NCBI GenBank assembly: GCA_951406725.2
Contig: OX597826.1
Span: 72,540,001 to 72,604,000 of the forward strand
DNA from: Octopus vulgaris
Taxonomy: Eukaryota
Length of the DNA: 64,000 bases
Direction of reading: 5' to 3'
In this document: positions 1 through 11,452 of the stretch, in pieces
Layout of the letters: each line of letters begins with the position of its first letter
Numbering within the stretch: the stretch's first letter is position 1
Made by a program: the position numbers and the translations under genes
The notes under the pieces: model-generated
Seen by the model: the letters and a program-made list of their open reading frames with translations, nothing else
Told to the model about the DNA's origin: nothing
The model's database searches: none

Positions 1-29
1 GTCAGGTGACTAACACAAAAAAAAAAAAA

Positions 30-278
30 TGTTCCTTCTCGAGCCATGCCAGGCTCATAAGGGCCGGTTTCTCGGTTTCAGTGGCATAGAAATTCCCCAC
101 CTGGACAGGATGCCGGTCCGTCGCAGGATTACTCATTTTTGCCAGCTGAGTGGACTGCAGCAATGTGAAAATGAAGTGTTTTGCTCAAAAACACAATGCA
201 TTGCCCAGTCCAGGAATTGAAACCACAACCTTACATTCATGACAGCAACACCCTAACCACTAAGCCACGGACCTCCAC
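30..278 (-). mobile_element. tRNA-headed SINE, family D, tail type 1
   Basis: On the - strand it begins GTGGAGGTCCGTGGCTTAGTGGTTAGGG (A box) and has GGTTTCAATTCC (B box), then the shared body ...CCACTCAGCTGGCAAAAATGAGT. Related copies at about 7960-8137, 17966-18160 and 18765-18990. Confidence 0.75.
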
Positions 279-1019
279 GTGACTAACAGAAACTCTTGAG
301 CATTAATTTAAGATGGAGAATAATTTTTATAACCCTTAAATGTGTTGGTATTTCTGTGGCTGAAAGATAACTGATATTGGAATTTTTGGAATTGAGAAAG
401 GTAAAATAGGATAAAACAAATAAATTAAAAGGAAAAAAAAACAAACAAAAAAAAAATCGGGAAAAGAGCTGAGGAGGTAGAAGTTTCAAAGTTTAGGTGG
501 TCTGTTGTTGCTTTACAGGAAGGGTAGCATCATAGCATAGCCAACATGGGAAAAAAAGGAAACAAAGGACCACAAAACCAAAAGGTGGAGGAATGTGAAG
601 GTAGGTTAAAAATGAGGTAGGGATAAAAATTAAAAAAAATAAAAGAAAAATACCCAAAATAACTCATCATCATCAGCATCATCACAATATTATGAGAAAT
701 TTGTTTGCAAAGGAAAAAGACAGGTTTGAGGTAGCATTTCAGAAGAACAAAGATTTTGACAGTTATATAGATTTTGGTTATTAAAAGAAAGGTGAACAAA
801 CTACGACAGTTTAGTAATTGGGGGAGTGAGAGCGAGAGAGAAGGGGAGCAGTACCAATGTAAGAGGTTAATAATACAAGAACCTTTATAATTAGATTTTT
901 AGTTTCTTGTATGTTGGAGATGTTTTTATAGAATTTTTTTTGTTATTATTATTATTATTTATAAATGGTTTTAAAAATATAATTATTTAGTAAAAGGTCG
1001 ACCCAAATCCAACAGCTGG

Positions 1020-1190
1020 ATGACCAAAGACATTCCAGTTGTGACCATCCCACCTCTATTTCAGACAGTGTACTTGGAACTATATAATCAAACATGTCCC
1101 TGTGTTTTTTTTAAAGACAGTAAGATGTGATTTGAAAGGGATTTGGTTGCTATTTCCAGTAGGTTGGGGGACAATATAAAGGCTCTCCTA
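1020..1190. repeat. Dispersed repeat family E (probable SINE)
   Basis: The motif GACATTCCAG.TGTGAC.ATCC...TGATTTGA.GG.ATTTGG.TGCTATTTCTAGCAGG recurs at about 3190-3510 (reverse), 13140-13300, 26495-26660, 42840-43050 (reverse), 55650-55790 and 59350-59480 (reverse). Confidence 0.6.
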
Positions 1191-1485
1191 TGAATTTGAA
1201 CTGGTTCCTTATTGGCACAACTAATTTGATAATCTATGTGTGGTACTTACTGTAGAGTATTCCCTGCCTGAATGGTCAGATCTATTTCAACAGCTAAATT
1301 AGCAGAGTGTGCTTTCAGAGAGTTCATTGGATTGTAAAGAATAAAAAGGCTTCCTCTGTCACAATGTTAAATATTTTGAGATACAGTGTAGCATCATAGA
1401 ATGAAATGTGTGATGCAGTGTGTTGTACTTTAGCAGCTGAGAAATGTACTGGAGGCGGGGAGCCAATTGCATTTTGAATGTAATA

Positions 1486-1830
1486 TAGTGAAGGTGCATG
1501 GCTCAGTGGTTAGAATGTTGGGCTCACAATCATGAGGTTGTGAGTTCAATTCCCGAACTGGGCTGTGTGCTGTGTTCTTGAGCAAGACACTTTATTCCAT
1601 GTTGCTCCAGTTCATTCAGCCATAGAAATGAGTTGCAGAGTTCCTGGTGCTAAGCTGCATCAGCCTTTGCCTTTCCCCTGGGTAACAACGCTGGCATGGA
1701 GAGCAGGGAGGCTGGTATGCATGGGTGGTTGCTGGTCTTCCATAATGAACCTTGCCTGGACTTCCGCCTCGATGGGAAACTTTCTAAGTGCAATCCAGTG
1801 GTCATTCGTGACTGAAGGGAGTCCTTACCC
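1486..1830 (+). mobile_element. tRNA-headed SINE, family D head with tail type 2
   Basis: GAAGGTGCATGGCTCAGTGGTTAG (A box) and GAGTTCAATTCC (B box); same body as 30-278 but a different 3' half. Confidence 0.7.
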
Positions 1831-3047
1831 TTTAAAAGTGAAACTACCAGGGCATGTATGGAGTAGCAATTTTAGCATGCTACATGAAGAATAGTACTGA
1901 GTAGTATTGCAAGTTCCACAGGGATTCATTTTGCCTTTCATCCTTTTGGGGAGGGGAGGGGTTCGATAAAATAAGTACCAGTTGAGTACTGGGGTCCATG
2001 TAATCAACTTGCCCCATCCCCTGAAATTGCTGGCCTTGGGCCAAAACTTGAAAACAATATTGTGTAGTATTGCAAATGCTGTTTATCACAGATCAAACCT
2101 AATTGAAGTAGATCTGCCAGGAATTTGTAACAGGGTGAGTAACAAGAAAAACTCTCCCCTGTTGATATGCTGTTGTTGTGTTAGTCCCAGGTCAGCTCTG
2201 GTCATTGATATCCTGTATGAGGCAAGTGTAGTTTAGTTCAATGTTCAGAGCGTTCAGAGTCACATATATTGAGACAACAAATGTAGCAGTCTGGATATGT
2301 GTCGGATACTACATGGCAATGAATGTAGGACCTAGGACATGTGTGGGATGGGATGTTGTTGCAGGGTCAATGTAAGAACCTAGATATGTGAGGGGTGTTA
2401 CACAGATGTAGAAGTCAGTGTGGCAACCTGAATATGGTTATAAAGACATACTTTAGTCACGAAATGTTGTGTAGATGTTAGCGTTGTGAGGACTTCTATA
2501 AAGTCCATAGATTAAAACATTTTCACAACACTTAGGCAAGGTAACTTATACTCTACTTGCTTCAGTCTGTTTAGTTATTTAGAAACATTCAATATGACTT
2601 CACCTCAATACTTGAATAATTGCAGTAAAAACGGACAGTAATGTGGACACTAGTGTATAGTAGTTATGAAAAAAAAAATCTCAGTTAATTCTGATCAAGA
2701 AAGGCAGGGAAGACAACCCTGAAATTTAACTCAAAATTAATAAAAAAATACAATACAATGGGGAGTGAATCTGATCTTTGGCTATATATGTCAACTTTGG
2801 ACAAGTTTGGTCCTTATTAGCTCTCATCAACAAAGTATAGTTTAACTGTAACTGCCAAATTTTTGAATGACTGGGCAGAATGTAGGATTTTAGTAAACAA
2901 GCACTGTGTGGCTTAAACTAATGACAGAGGAATAATACTAATATCCAGACAAGGTAATAGAAAAGCAAATAATGGAGGAGCCTTATTAAAAGGGCAGAAC
3001 AGACTTGCAAATTTAAATAGTTGGAGTACATGTCTGACTTCTTTCTA

Positions 3048-3101
<54 letters not shown>
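3048..3101. repeat. (AAT)n microsatellite
   Basis: Perfect AAT run. Many other (TA)n, (CA)n and (TACA)n tracts occur, e.g. 5842-5880, 22550-22617, 45576-45640 and 55215-55420. Confidence 0.95.
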
Positions 3102-3103
<2 letters not shown>

Positions 3104-4319
3104 TTATTGTATACAGTGCTCAGGAGCACCACAACCACAAAGTGAAACTATATTATACTGATATGTAAAACTCATATCAATGAGAACTCTTCTGCATGGT
3201 CACTAGCTTGCAAGAAATAATATGCAAATCTCCCTCGAATCTTGGCCTACTGTCTCACAAAAAAAAAAAAAATGGACACATTGGATAATGTAATTTTAGA
3301 TTTGTTAATGTCTGACTAAAAAAGGAGACAGTTACTTTTTGACCATATCTGTTAAGCAAAAACAGGTTAAAGAATATCAACAACTATTGTTAGAAATAGT
3401 AAATACTACACTATACACTAAATGAAGTAGATACCGAAAAAAAAAAAACTGTCTGAAAAAAACACGGGCTGGTCTATAACAGGAATATCTTTGATAATAG
3501 GTCTGCTGGATCAGGGCTGACTTGGGGTTAAATAATAATAATAAGTGTTATGTAAAACTGAGGTAGATTGGGCTGTGTGGTAATGTGCATGTGTTTTGGC
3601 ACAAGTATTTATGCATCTGCATATATATATATTTATATATATATATATATCTGTCTGCATGCACATGTGAATGTATGTGTGCACATGTGTATGTATGTGT
3701 GCACATGTACTGCCTGCATGTATTTCTCTGTATATGTGCATTTTTATATGCATCCATGCACATGTAAGCTTCCTCTATGCTGACATAATGTAAAAAAAAA
3801 GAAAGATTCTCTCATTTGTTGAGTTAAAATATTAACTAATCATGAGACTAGCCAAATAAATTGTTCTATTAAATATAACATGGCATCATAAGATCTTGAT
3901 TGTATAGCAGAATAGAGTAGGGGGTATAGAGGCAAGCAGAGCAGGTTAGAGAGATTTGTGGGGAGGTTTTTCTGTTTAGTTCACCATTCTTATGCTTAAA
4001 TGTTATAGAGCATACCTCATTCTATGTTGAAAATGGCTCTGTAGAACCTTAGTAGGTGCGGAATATTTTCTGAAAACAAATAGGTGATAGGGTTTAGTGA
4101 AACAGTAACTACTTGCAGGTGTCAGAGAGGTAGTTCTCTCAGAACAGTAATTAGGTTGGGGGGAGCCTGTGTAGAGATGGAAGGGGACTATTAGAATTAG
4201 CTGAAAATAGATTTCAAACACAATTAAACAAAATACAACAGATAAAAATAGAATAACATAAAATGCAAATGGTTATTTTTTTTTTCTTAATAAATCATGC
4301 ATAACATTGAGAATCAATT

Positions 4320-5100
4320 TAGCATACATTTAGTACACAGTACAGAACAGCATACAGAATACAGAATTTAGTTCAGAAATTAGAGTTTAGAAAAGGGTAT
4401 AGTATAGAGTTTAGAAAAGAATAGAACAGAATTCAGAGTTTAGAAAAGATAGAACAGAATTCAGAGGTTAGAAAAGAGTACAGAGTCTAGTACAGAATGC
4501 AGAGTACAGAGATTAGATTAGAATACTGAGTACAGAGTTTAGGACAGAACACAAAGTTTAGTACAGCATACGGAATACAGAGTACATAATACAGAGTTAA
4601 GTATAGACTACAGCATACAGAGTTTAGAATAGATTACAGGGTTTAGTACAAAATAGAGAGTTTTAAAACAAAATAGAGTTTACAGATACAGTACATAATT
4701 TAATACATAAAAACAGAGAGTGTGCACGGTAAAGATATAGAGTAGATGTCAGACAGAGAGATATCACACTTGATTTGATTATTGAACACAATATTGTATA
4801 CAGAGTTGTAGTGAGCAGGTATTGTGTTATCTAGGTATATAGACAAAGTGTATAGATGTTGATTGGATGTGTGTGTGTGTATTGATCTCGGACAGTGAGC
4901 AGAATTGGACAAGACAGATAGTCACAGAGTGCAAATGTTGATTGGATAGACAAACACCATGTGTAGATGTTGATTAGACACAAAGCCAGCAGTGTGCAGA
5001 TGTTGACTGGATATATAGACACAGTGTTTAGAATATACAGATGCAGTGTATAGATGTTAACTAGATAGACAGATACATTGTGTAGATGACTATATAGCTA
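4320..5100. repeat. Degenerate tandem repeats: TACAG/AGAAT-type pentamer array followed by a ~32-bp minisatellite
   Basis: 4320-4700 has recurring TACAGA/GAGTTTAG words. 4848-5095 has about six copies of GTGTA(TA)GATGTTGATTGGATAGACA. Confidence 0.6.
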
Positions 5101-5836
5101 GGTACAGGCTACAAATTCCAACTGTATAGAAACTAAAAATTAAAAAAGAATTAGTTTTAGTTATTTAAAAAGTTATCAATTATTAATTTAATTCTGCATG
5201 CAATGTTATAAACTAGGGTAAAGATTTACCTTGTTGCCAAAATCAAGGGCTTACATTAAAGGTAAGGCCTAAATTATCTTCACTTACTACCATAAGTAAA
5301 AATTTAAGTTACCTCTTTTTACTGCTGAAAGTTAGCAGCCTGATAAAGAATTACCAATATTTCATCTGCTCAAACAGTAATGAGATGAGATTTTTAAAAA
5401 ATGGTTATGTAGCAACATTTAGTTTTCTGATTGATGTTGGATCATTGAATATGTCCAACAAGAAGCAATGTAAGTAGTCTTGGATTAGTCAGGAATTCAT
5501 AGTGCAGCAGTTTGTTTGGTCCTCATCAAAAAACCTCATTACCTATGCTGTTTATTGAAGCTGCATTTCAGCAGGTTTTCAGGTTTTGCTAGCTGTTTAA
5601 TTGGTTCTTCAGGTCTAAGTAATTGTACAAATGGAGATAGAAATAAAGAAATGTGAATTACAGTGACAATTGGTTGGAAGAAATGGATGTTTGAGTTAAA
5701 CCCTTTCTCTGACAAACATCACAGCCAAAACATTGATCAGAAATTAAACAATACAACCATAACAAGCCAACTAGAGGATATACAGCTTATACACAGTTGT
5801 AGCAAGTAGGTCTTGTGTTTTCTAGACACGGTATGG

Positions 5837-5892
<56 letters not shown>

Positions 5893-6201
5893 CCAGAATC
5901 ATGCTAATAGCTTAAGAGTGAAATTTAGGATGTCTCGGTTTTCTGTGAATCGATTTTGATAGTGTGCTGGTTTGCACACAATGACAACACCATTATGTTT
6001 TCATCATTCTGTGTAAAGTCCTTTCTTTTTTATTTCAGATTCTTCAGTTTTTGGGTGAACAACGCTAATAGCTTTTGAATGAAAATATCCCAACTAGACA
6101 TTTATTTTAAAAAATGAAAGGTAATGATACATACTAAGCATAGCTTTGTGTCGACCAAAGCCTTGTGAGTAGATTTGGTAAACAGAAACTGAAAGAAGCC
6201 C

Positions 6202-6242
<41 letters not shown>

Positions 6243-6245
<3 letters not shown>

Positions 6246-6537
6246 ATAAATATTAGGGAATAAATCCAAATTTACAGGGGAAAATCAGATTTAGGATTGA
6301 ATCCAATTTTATAGTAAAATATAATATAATATTAATTAGAGACAAAACTTCATAGTTCAAAATTGCATAGAAGGTCTTGAAACCACCTGATGAATGTCCA
6401 TTGAAGTGACAAGAAACGATCGTAGTGGATATCTTAATTATATTTAATTTATATAAAATTTTTATGTATTGGATTAAGTCTTTCTTTGTTTGATTTGCAT
6501 AATAGTGGTTTTGTCTCTAATTAATATTATATTATAT
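6243..6537 (+). mobile_element. Penelope-like (pLTR-derived) fold-back cassette in (TA)n, family P1
   Basis: (TA)n on both sides, perfect 30-bp inverted arms at 6319-6348 and 6508-6537, an internal hammerhead, and a second family member at 39439-39645. Confidence 0.7.
6383..6428 (+). ncRNA. Minimal type-I hammerhead ribozyme motif
   Basis: CCAC-CUGAUGA-A-UGUC(loop)GACA-A-GAAA-CGAUCG-UA-GUGG. Stem I is CCAC/GUGG, the core is canonical, stem III is the palindrome ACGAUCGU and the cleavage triplet is GUA. Confidence 0.75.
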
Positions 6538-6556
6538 ATATATATATATATATATA

Positions 6557-6719
6557 AAATGGGCTTCTTTCAGTTTCCGTTTACCAAATCTACTCACAAG
6601 GCTTTGGTCAACCCGAGGCTATAGTAGAAGACACTTGCCAAAGGTGCCACGCAGTGGGACTGAACCTGGAAGCATGTGGTTGGGAAGCAAGCTTCTCACC
6701 ACACAGCCACTCCTGCACC
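6557..6719 (-). mobile_element. SINE family A, 5' half
   Basis: Reverse complement of the head and body of 7235-7635. Confidence 0.8.
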
Positions 6720-6799
6720 AATATATACATATACTTTTTATTACTGTCATTACTTTAATACATATATATTTTTTCATCAGAGTTTTAACATTAACACCA

Positions 6800-7705
6800 C
6801 AATCCTCTTTCCCGATTCTCTTGTTGCCAACTTCCCATTTCCATGCCTTCTCACACACAATTCAATTACACCGCTACACCAACTTCCTACACCTTTACCA
6901 TCCCACACAGTCACACTCCATAACTGCACACTTTTTGCATAATTACACAAATTCCCCTGCAACAAAACACATGCACACACCTTCCCCTTATACTACTTTC
7001 AATACCTGGATACACCCTTTGTGTGTACTCCTTCCTTCCTTCCTTCCCTCCTTTCCTAACTCACCTATAGAACCACTTTCCCACCTGGCTCCTAACCCTC
7101 ACCCTTTTTCTTTTCCTCCTCCAAACATTTTTTTCCCATTCAGTCTTTATCTTTTTTCTCAATCGTTCTTCTGATGAAGGACCAGCATCTGAAACCCGCT
7201 GCTGTTTACTTTCTTTTCAAATGTTAAACTAATAGGCGCAGGAGTGGCTGTGTGGTAAGTAGCTTGCTAACCAACCACATGGTTCTGGGTTCAGTCCCAC
7301 TGCGTGGCATCTTGGGCAAGTGTCTTCTACTATAGCCTCGGGCTGACCAAAGCCTTGTGAGTGGATTTGGCAGACGGAAACTGAAAGAAGCCTGTTGTAT
7401 ATATGTATATGTATATATATATGTATGTGTGTGTTTGTGTGTCTGTGTTTGTCCCCCTAGTATTGCTTGACAACCGATGCTGGTGTGTTTACGTTCCCGT
7501 CACTTAACGGTTCGGCCTAAGAGACCGATAGAATAAGTACTGGGCTTACAAAGAATAAGTCCCGGGGTCGATATGCTTGACTAAAGGCGGTGCTCCAGCA
7601 TGGCCACAGTCAAATGACTGAAACGAGTAAAAGGGTAATACAACTTTTAACCAACCTTGTCCTTCCCATGTTTTTCTTCCGTGTTCATTACTTTCCTAAC
7701 ATTTG
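6800..7705 (+). mobile_element. Decayed pyrimidine-rich Penelope-like relic with degenerate hammerhead (CTGATGAAGGA..TCTGAAAC at 7171-7195), interrupted by a SINE
   Basis: A long pyrimidine-rich tract, then a hammerhead-like core, then GTTAAACTAATA|C, which resembles the 51882-52076 family. A mirror-image relic lies at about 54300-54620 (-). Confidence 0.4.
7235..7635 (+). mobile_element. Full-length tRNA-derived SINE, family A
   Basis: GGCGCAGGAGTGGCTGTGTGGTAAG (A box), GGTTCAGTCCC (B box), internal (TA)/(TG) tract and an AGTAAAAG-type tail, with a possible TAATA target duplication. Other copies at 18330-18717 (-), 26721-27166 (-), 31705-32119 (-), 33775-34178 (-), 52496-52858 (+) and 57215-57510 (+), plus fragments. 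Confidence 0.85.
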
Positions 7706-8244
7706 CATGTGTGTGTGTGTGTGTGTGTGCATAGGCAAGTATGCAGCTGTTGCCTGGTCAGACAGAGCAAAACAATAAACTCTGTTTTCAACACATTAAG
7801 GCTGGGCACCAATATATTGCTGATGTTATATTATCAACCATCCCAAAACCACAACTCAGAGACTTAACGTTTAGATCCAATGGTCAATGCTACTCTTAGT
7901 CTTAGGTCTGTCACAGCCCTACAGGCTCATTAGGCTGGAGTACATTCATGGCATATAAGAGTATAAGTTCTCTCCTGAACAGAATGACAGTTCATTTCAG
8001 GGTTATACTCCAGGTGAGTGGACTGGAGCAATGTCAAAAAATGAAGTGTTTTCCTCAAGAACACAAGCTACTCAGTCAGGGAATCAAAACTATGGTTGTC
8101 AGTCCAACACCCTAATCACTAGGCCACGTGACTTCACCAGAAGAATATATCTTTAACAACCCTGTGTAAAAGATCTGTAAGGTATTCACAGGGATTATTA
8201 CCAAGAATGTTTAGGATCCCCATTTTTGGCGATGGAATACCAAA

Positions 8245-8466
8245 TCATCATCATCATCATCATCATCGTTTAACGTCCGCTTTCCATGCTAGCATAGGTT
8301 GGACGGTTTGACCGGGGTCTGGGAAGCCAGGGGCTGCACCAGGCTCCAGTCTGATCTGGCAGAGTTTCTACAGCTGGATGCCCTTCCTAACACCAACCAC
8401 TCCGCGAGTGTAGTGGGTGCTTTTTATGTGCCACTTGCACAGGTGCCAGGGGTGTCTCACATCGGC
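8245..8466 (-). mobile_element. 3' tail of RTE-type LINE or derived element (family B) with (GAT)n end
   Basis: Matches the 3' UTR of the RTE relic at 20845-21697. More than 15 copies occur, e.g. 17095-17351, 29697-30095, 35735-36100, 39291-39425, 53661-53980, 56925-57204, 59500-59702 and 61598-61793. Confidence 0.8.
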
Positions 8467-8477
8467 TAAAATTAACG

Positions 8478-8530
8478 TTCCCATGCCGGGAATCGAACCT
8501 GGGCCGCCTGGGTGAAAGCCAGGAATCCTA
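8478..8530 (-). pseudogene. 5'-truncated tRNA-Glu(UUC) fragment
   Basis: The - strand reads TAGGATTCCTGGCTTTCACCCAGGCGGCCCAGGTTCGATTCCCGGCATGGGAA: anticodon arm with TTC, T arm and 3' acceptor strand of eukaryotic tRNA-Glu. About 19 nt of the 5' end is missing and replaced by (TA)n. It is followed by CGTTAATTTT. Confidence 0.85.
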
Positions 8531-8540
8531 TATATATATA

Positions 8541-8866
8541 TAAACCAAGAGAGAAGGTGGAGATAAGATTAATAAAAATTTATTAATAGATTGATAAGAC
8601 CTACTATTGTTTCAATTCTTTGCCTACAGCATAAAATCAATCAAATTTAATTTAATCAATTTGGTTAATTATTATAAGCCAAATTGATTTAATTAAATAA
8701 ATTTGATTGATTTGAAACGATTGTAGGTATTGTCAATGTATTAATAAAATTTGTTAATCTCCATCTTCTCTATTGGTTTTTATAATAATAATATAAATGT
8801 GTGTATACCTGTATTATAAGGCATTCAACCAGTCTAATCTTGGCTATGTTTATCCCTCTGATGTTT
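8541..8866 (+). mobile_element. Fold-back cassette in (TA)n, family P3, with hammerhead 3'-half remnants
   Basis: Imperfect inverted arms at about 8541-8616 and 8710-8782 plus an inner inverted repeat; GAAACGATTGTAGG at 8714-8727; (TA)n on both sides. Confidence 0.6.
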
Positions 8867-8906
8867 ATATATATATATATAAACAATAATAACAGATGGA
8901 TTGTGG

Positions 8907-9008
8907 TTCACTACAGCTGTTTCAGACATGTTTTTTATTGACAAACAGAAGTGCTACATCATGCAACACACCTCAAAAAAAAAAACACAATTGTTTTCAT
9001 CAGGTGAA
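8907..9008 (-). ncRNA. Type-I hammerhead ribozyme motif with extended stem II
   Basis: The - strand reads UUCAC-CUGAUGA-(73 nt, AAACA...UGUCU closing)-GAAA-CAGCUG-UA-GUGAA: perfect 5-bp stem I, palindromic ACAGCUGU stem III and a GUA triplet. Confidence 0.7.
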
Positions 9009-11051
9009 TAAGGTATGAATCAACAATTAGCACTTCAAAGATCAAGTAGATAGCGCTATATAACTCTACTGACTCAATGTCAGTATATATACTCAGAGAG
9101 ACACAGAAACTAATTGTATTAGCAGAATCATTAGAGCATGGGGAAAATGTCAAGCAGTGTTTGTGCTGGTTCATTACATTGCAAGTTCAAAATCTACCAA
9201 GGTCAACTTTGCCTTACATCTTTTTGGGGTTAATGAAATGAAGTACCAGTCAACTGTTAGAGTTGTTGTAATTGACTAAACCCTTTCCCTCAAAATTACT
9301 GGCACTTGTACCTAAATTAGAAATAGTCATTTTAGACTGGCGATCTACCCTGCTCAGTGGGACATTGGACAAATTGGCTTGCAACATTTAGTAACATCCC
9401 TTTTATGTTCTGAGTTCAGATCCTAAAGAGGTTGCCTCTGTGTTTCTTCCTGTCAAGGTTGATTTTAAAAAGAAGGGCCAGTAATTCACTAGTGTTAATT
9501 TAATCCCTTATTCCCAACCCACACATCTAAGGCCTAATATTATTAATTATGATAATGGTTTTTGATTTAGACACAAGGCTGGCAATTTTGAGGGAAGGGC
9601 TTCAGTTGATACCATCCAACCGAGTAGTTGATTGACATTTGATGTATCAATTCTGGAGGGAATGAAGGCAAAGTTGACCTTGGTAGGATTTGAACCCAGA
9701 AAGTAAAGGGATGGAAGAAATACTGCAAGGCATTTTTTCTGATGTTTTAATGATTCTGCCAGCTTGCTGCTCTTTTTGATGATGATAATGGTTTCAAATT
9801 TTGGCACAAAACGTGTAATTTCAGGGGAAGGAGTAAGTCAATTACATTGACCCCAGAGTTCAACTGGTGCTTATTTTATTGACCCGAAAAGGGATGAAAG
9901 GCAAAGTTTACCTCAGTGGAATTTGAACTCAGAATGTAACGTTGAACGAAATGTTTACCAATGCAGGTATAATAATTACAGAGGGGATCTCCTGGTCACA
10001 GACAGTTTACTGAGAATTTACAAGCCATTACTCTAAGCTGTAATAACGACCATGATGATGATGATAATAATAAGGTTGACTGCACTTTTCCAACAATCCA
10101 GAGAAAGCACTTAGGAAAATAAAACGAATATACAAATACATATGTGTGTTTGTGTGTGTGTTTGTGTGTGCATGTGTGTGTGTGTTTGTGTGTGCATGTG
10201 TATGTGTGTATAAACAATCTGATTGAAAAGATATACATTATATACACACTATGTATACGTGTGTATGTGTATGTGTGTGTGTGTGTATTTATAAATATAG
10301 ATATATATATATATAATGTAGTTATTTATATAAATTGAAAAGAACAAGTTGAAAGGTATCAAAAGACAAGCAAGAGTGAACAAAACACCTGTATTTAATG
10401 TTAAGTGAAGCTTTCTCTGTGTATATGAGAAAAAAAAAAGGGGGGAAATAAAACATAAAAAAGTTATAATCTCGATATCAGCTGGTGTAAATAATAAAAT
10501 GGAGTATAATGTATATCTGAGCATAGTATTGTACAGAGTAATATAGTTCAGTGTACATAAGTGCGGGAATGAAATTCGCTTAGGGGGTGCCAACCCAGTT
10601 TTTCAGGAGGATCTTCAAAGCATATTCATTGCCTACCAAAAATTTTAAAGGGTTCACTTGCTCCCCCTGCACCTGGTTCCTGAGCCTATGTGAATGTAAT
10701 GAATACTATACAGTGTTTACAACAGAGTAATGAAAGATATAGTGTGGTATAGTATGGTATAGTATAGATATAGTATGGTATAGTATAATCAGTATAACAC
10801 AATATAGCATAGTTTAATAATACGCTACAACATGGTATATAGTGTAATACAATGTGGTACTTATAGTATAGTATAATACCTGCCACAAAGTCCAGTCCTT
10901 GTTGCAGTGTAGGAGCTAGTGCACCTCAATGACTCTGAGAGCTGTACCTGTAGAGCACAAGCTCCAGATAGGGCTTCTATGCTGGACAGTCAAAGGATAG
11001 AGGCCAGGCTAATATGGATCCCCTCTTCCCAGAGGTTAAAAAGTAAGTTTA

Positions 11052-11452
11052 CATAGGGCCAAGATGTAGGTTTGCATGGGGCCAAGATGTAGGTTTGCAT
11101 GGGGCCAAGATGTAGGTTTGCATGGGGCCAAGATGTAGGTTTGCATTGGGCCAAGATGTAGGTTTGCATGGGGCCAAGATGTAGGTTTGCATGGGGCCAA
11201 GATGTAGGTTTGCATGGGGCCAAGATGTAGGTTTGCATGGGGCCAAGATGTAGGTTTGCATGGGGCCAAGATGTAGGTTTGCATAGGGCCAAGATGTAGG
11301 TTTGCATAGGGCCAAGATGTAGGTTTGCATGGGGCCAAGACGTAGGTTTGCATGGGGCCAAGATGTAGGTTTGCATGGGGCCAAGACGTAGGTTTGCATG
11401 GGGCCAAGACGTAGGTTTGCATGGGGCCAATATGTAGGTTTGCATAGGGCCA
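11052..11452. repeat. 23-bp minisatellite, about 17.5 near-identical copies (CATGGGGCCAAGATGTAGGTTTG)
   Basis: Direct head-to-tail units with no spacers. The ORF track shows a 23-aa periodicity in all three - strand frames. Confidence 0.95.

Noticed and set aside
6635-7174. 179-aa ORF
   Set aside because: Begins inside an antisense SINE and runs through low-complexity pyrimidine-rich repeat sequence; no domain signal.
7235-7310. SINE heads as functional tRNA genes
   Set aside because: A/B boxes are present but no complete cloverleaf forms, and they continue into multi-copy SINE bodies.
11052-11452. CRISPR-like array or repeat-protein gene
   Set aside because: Units are contiguous with no unique spacers, there are no cas genes and the context is eukaryotic. 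The three overlapping ORFs follow trivially from a stop-free 23-bp unit.
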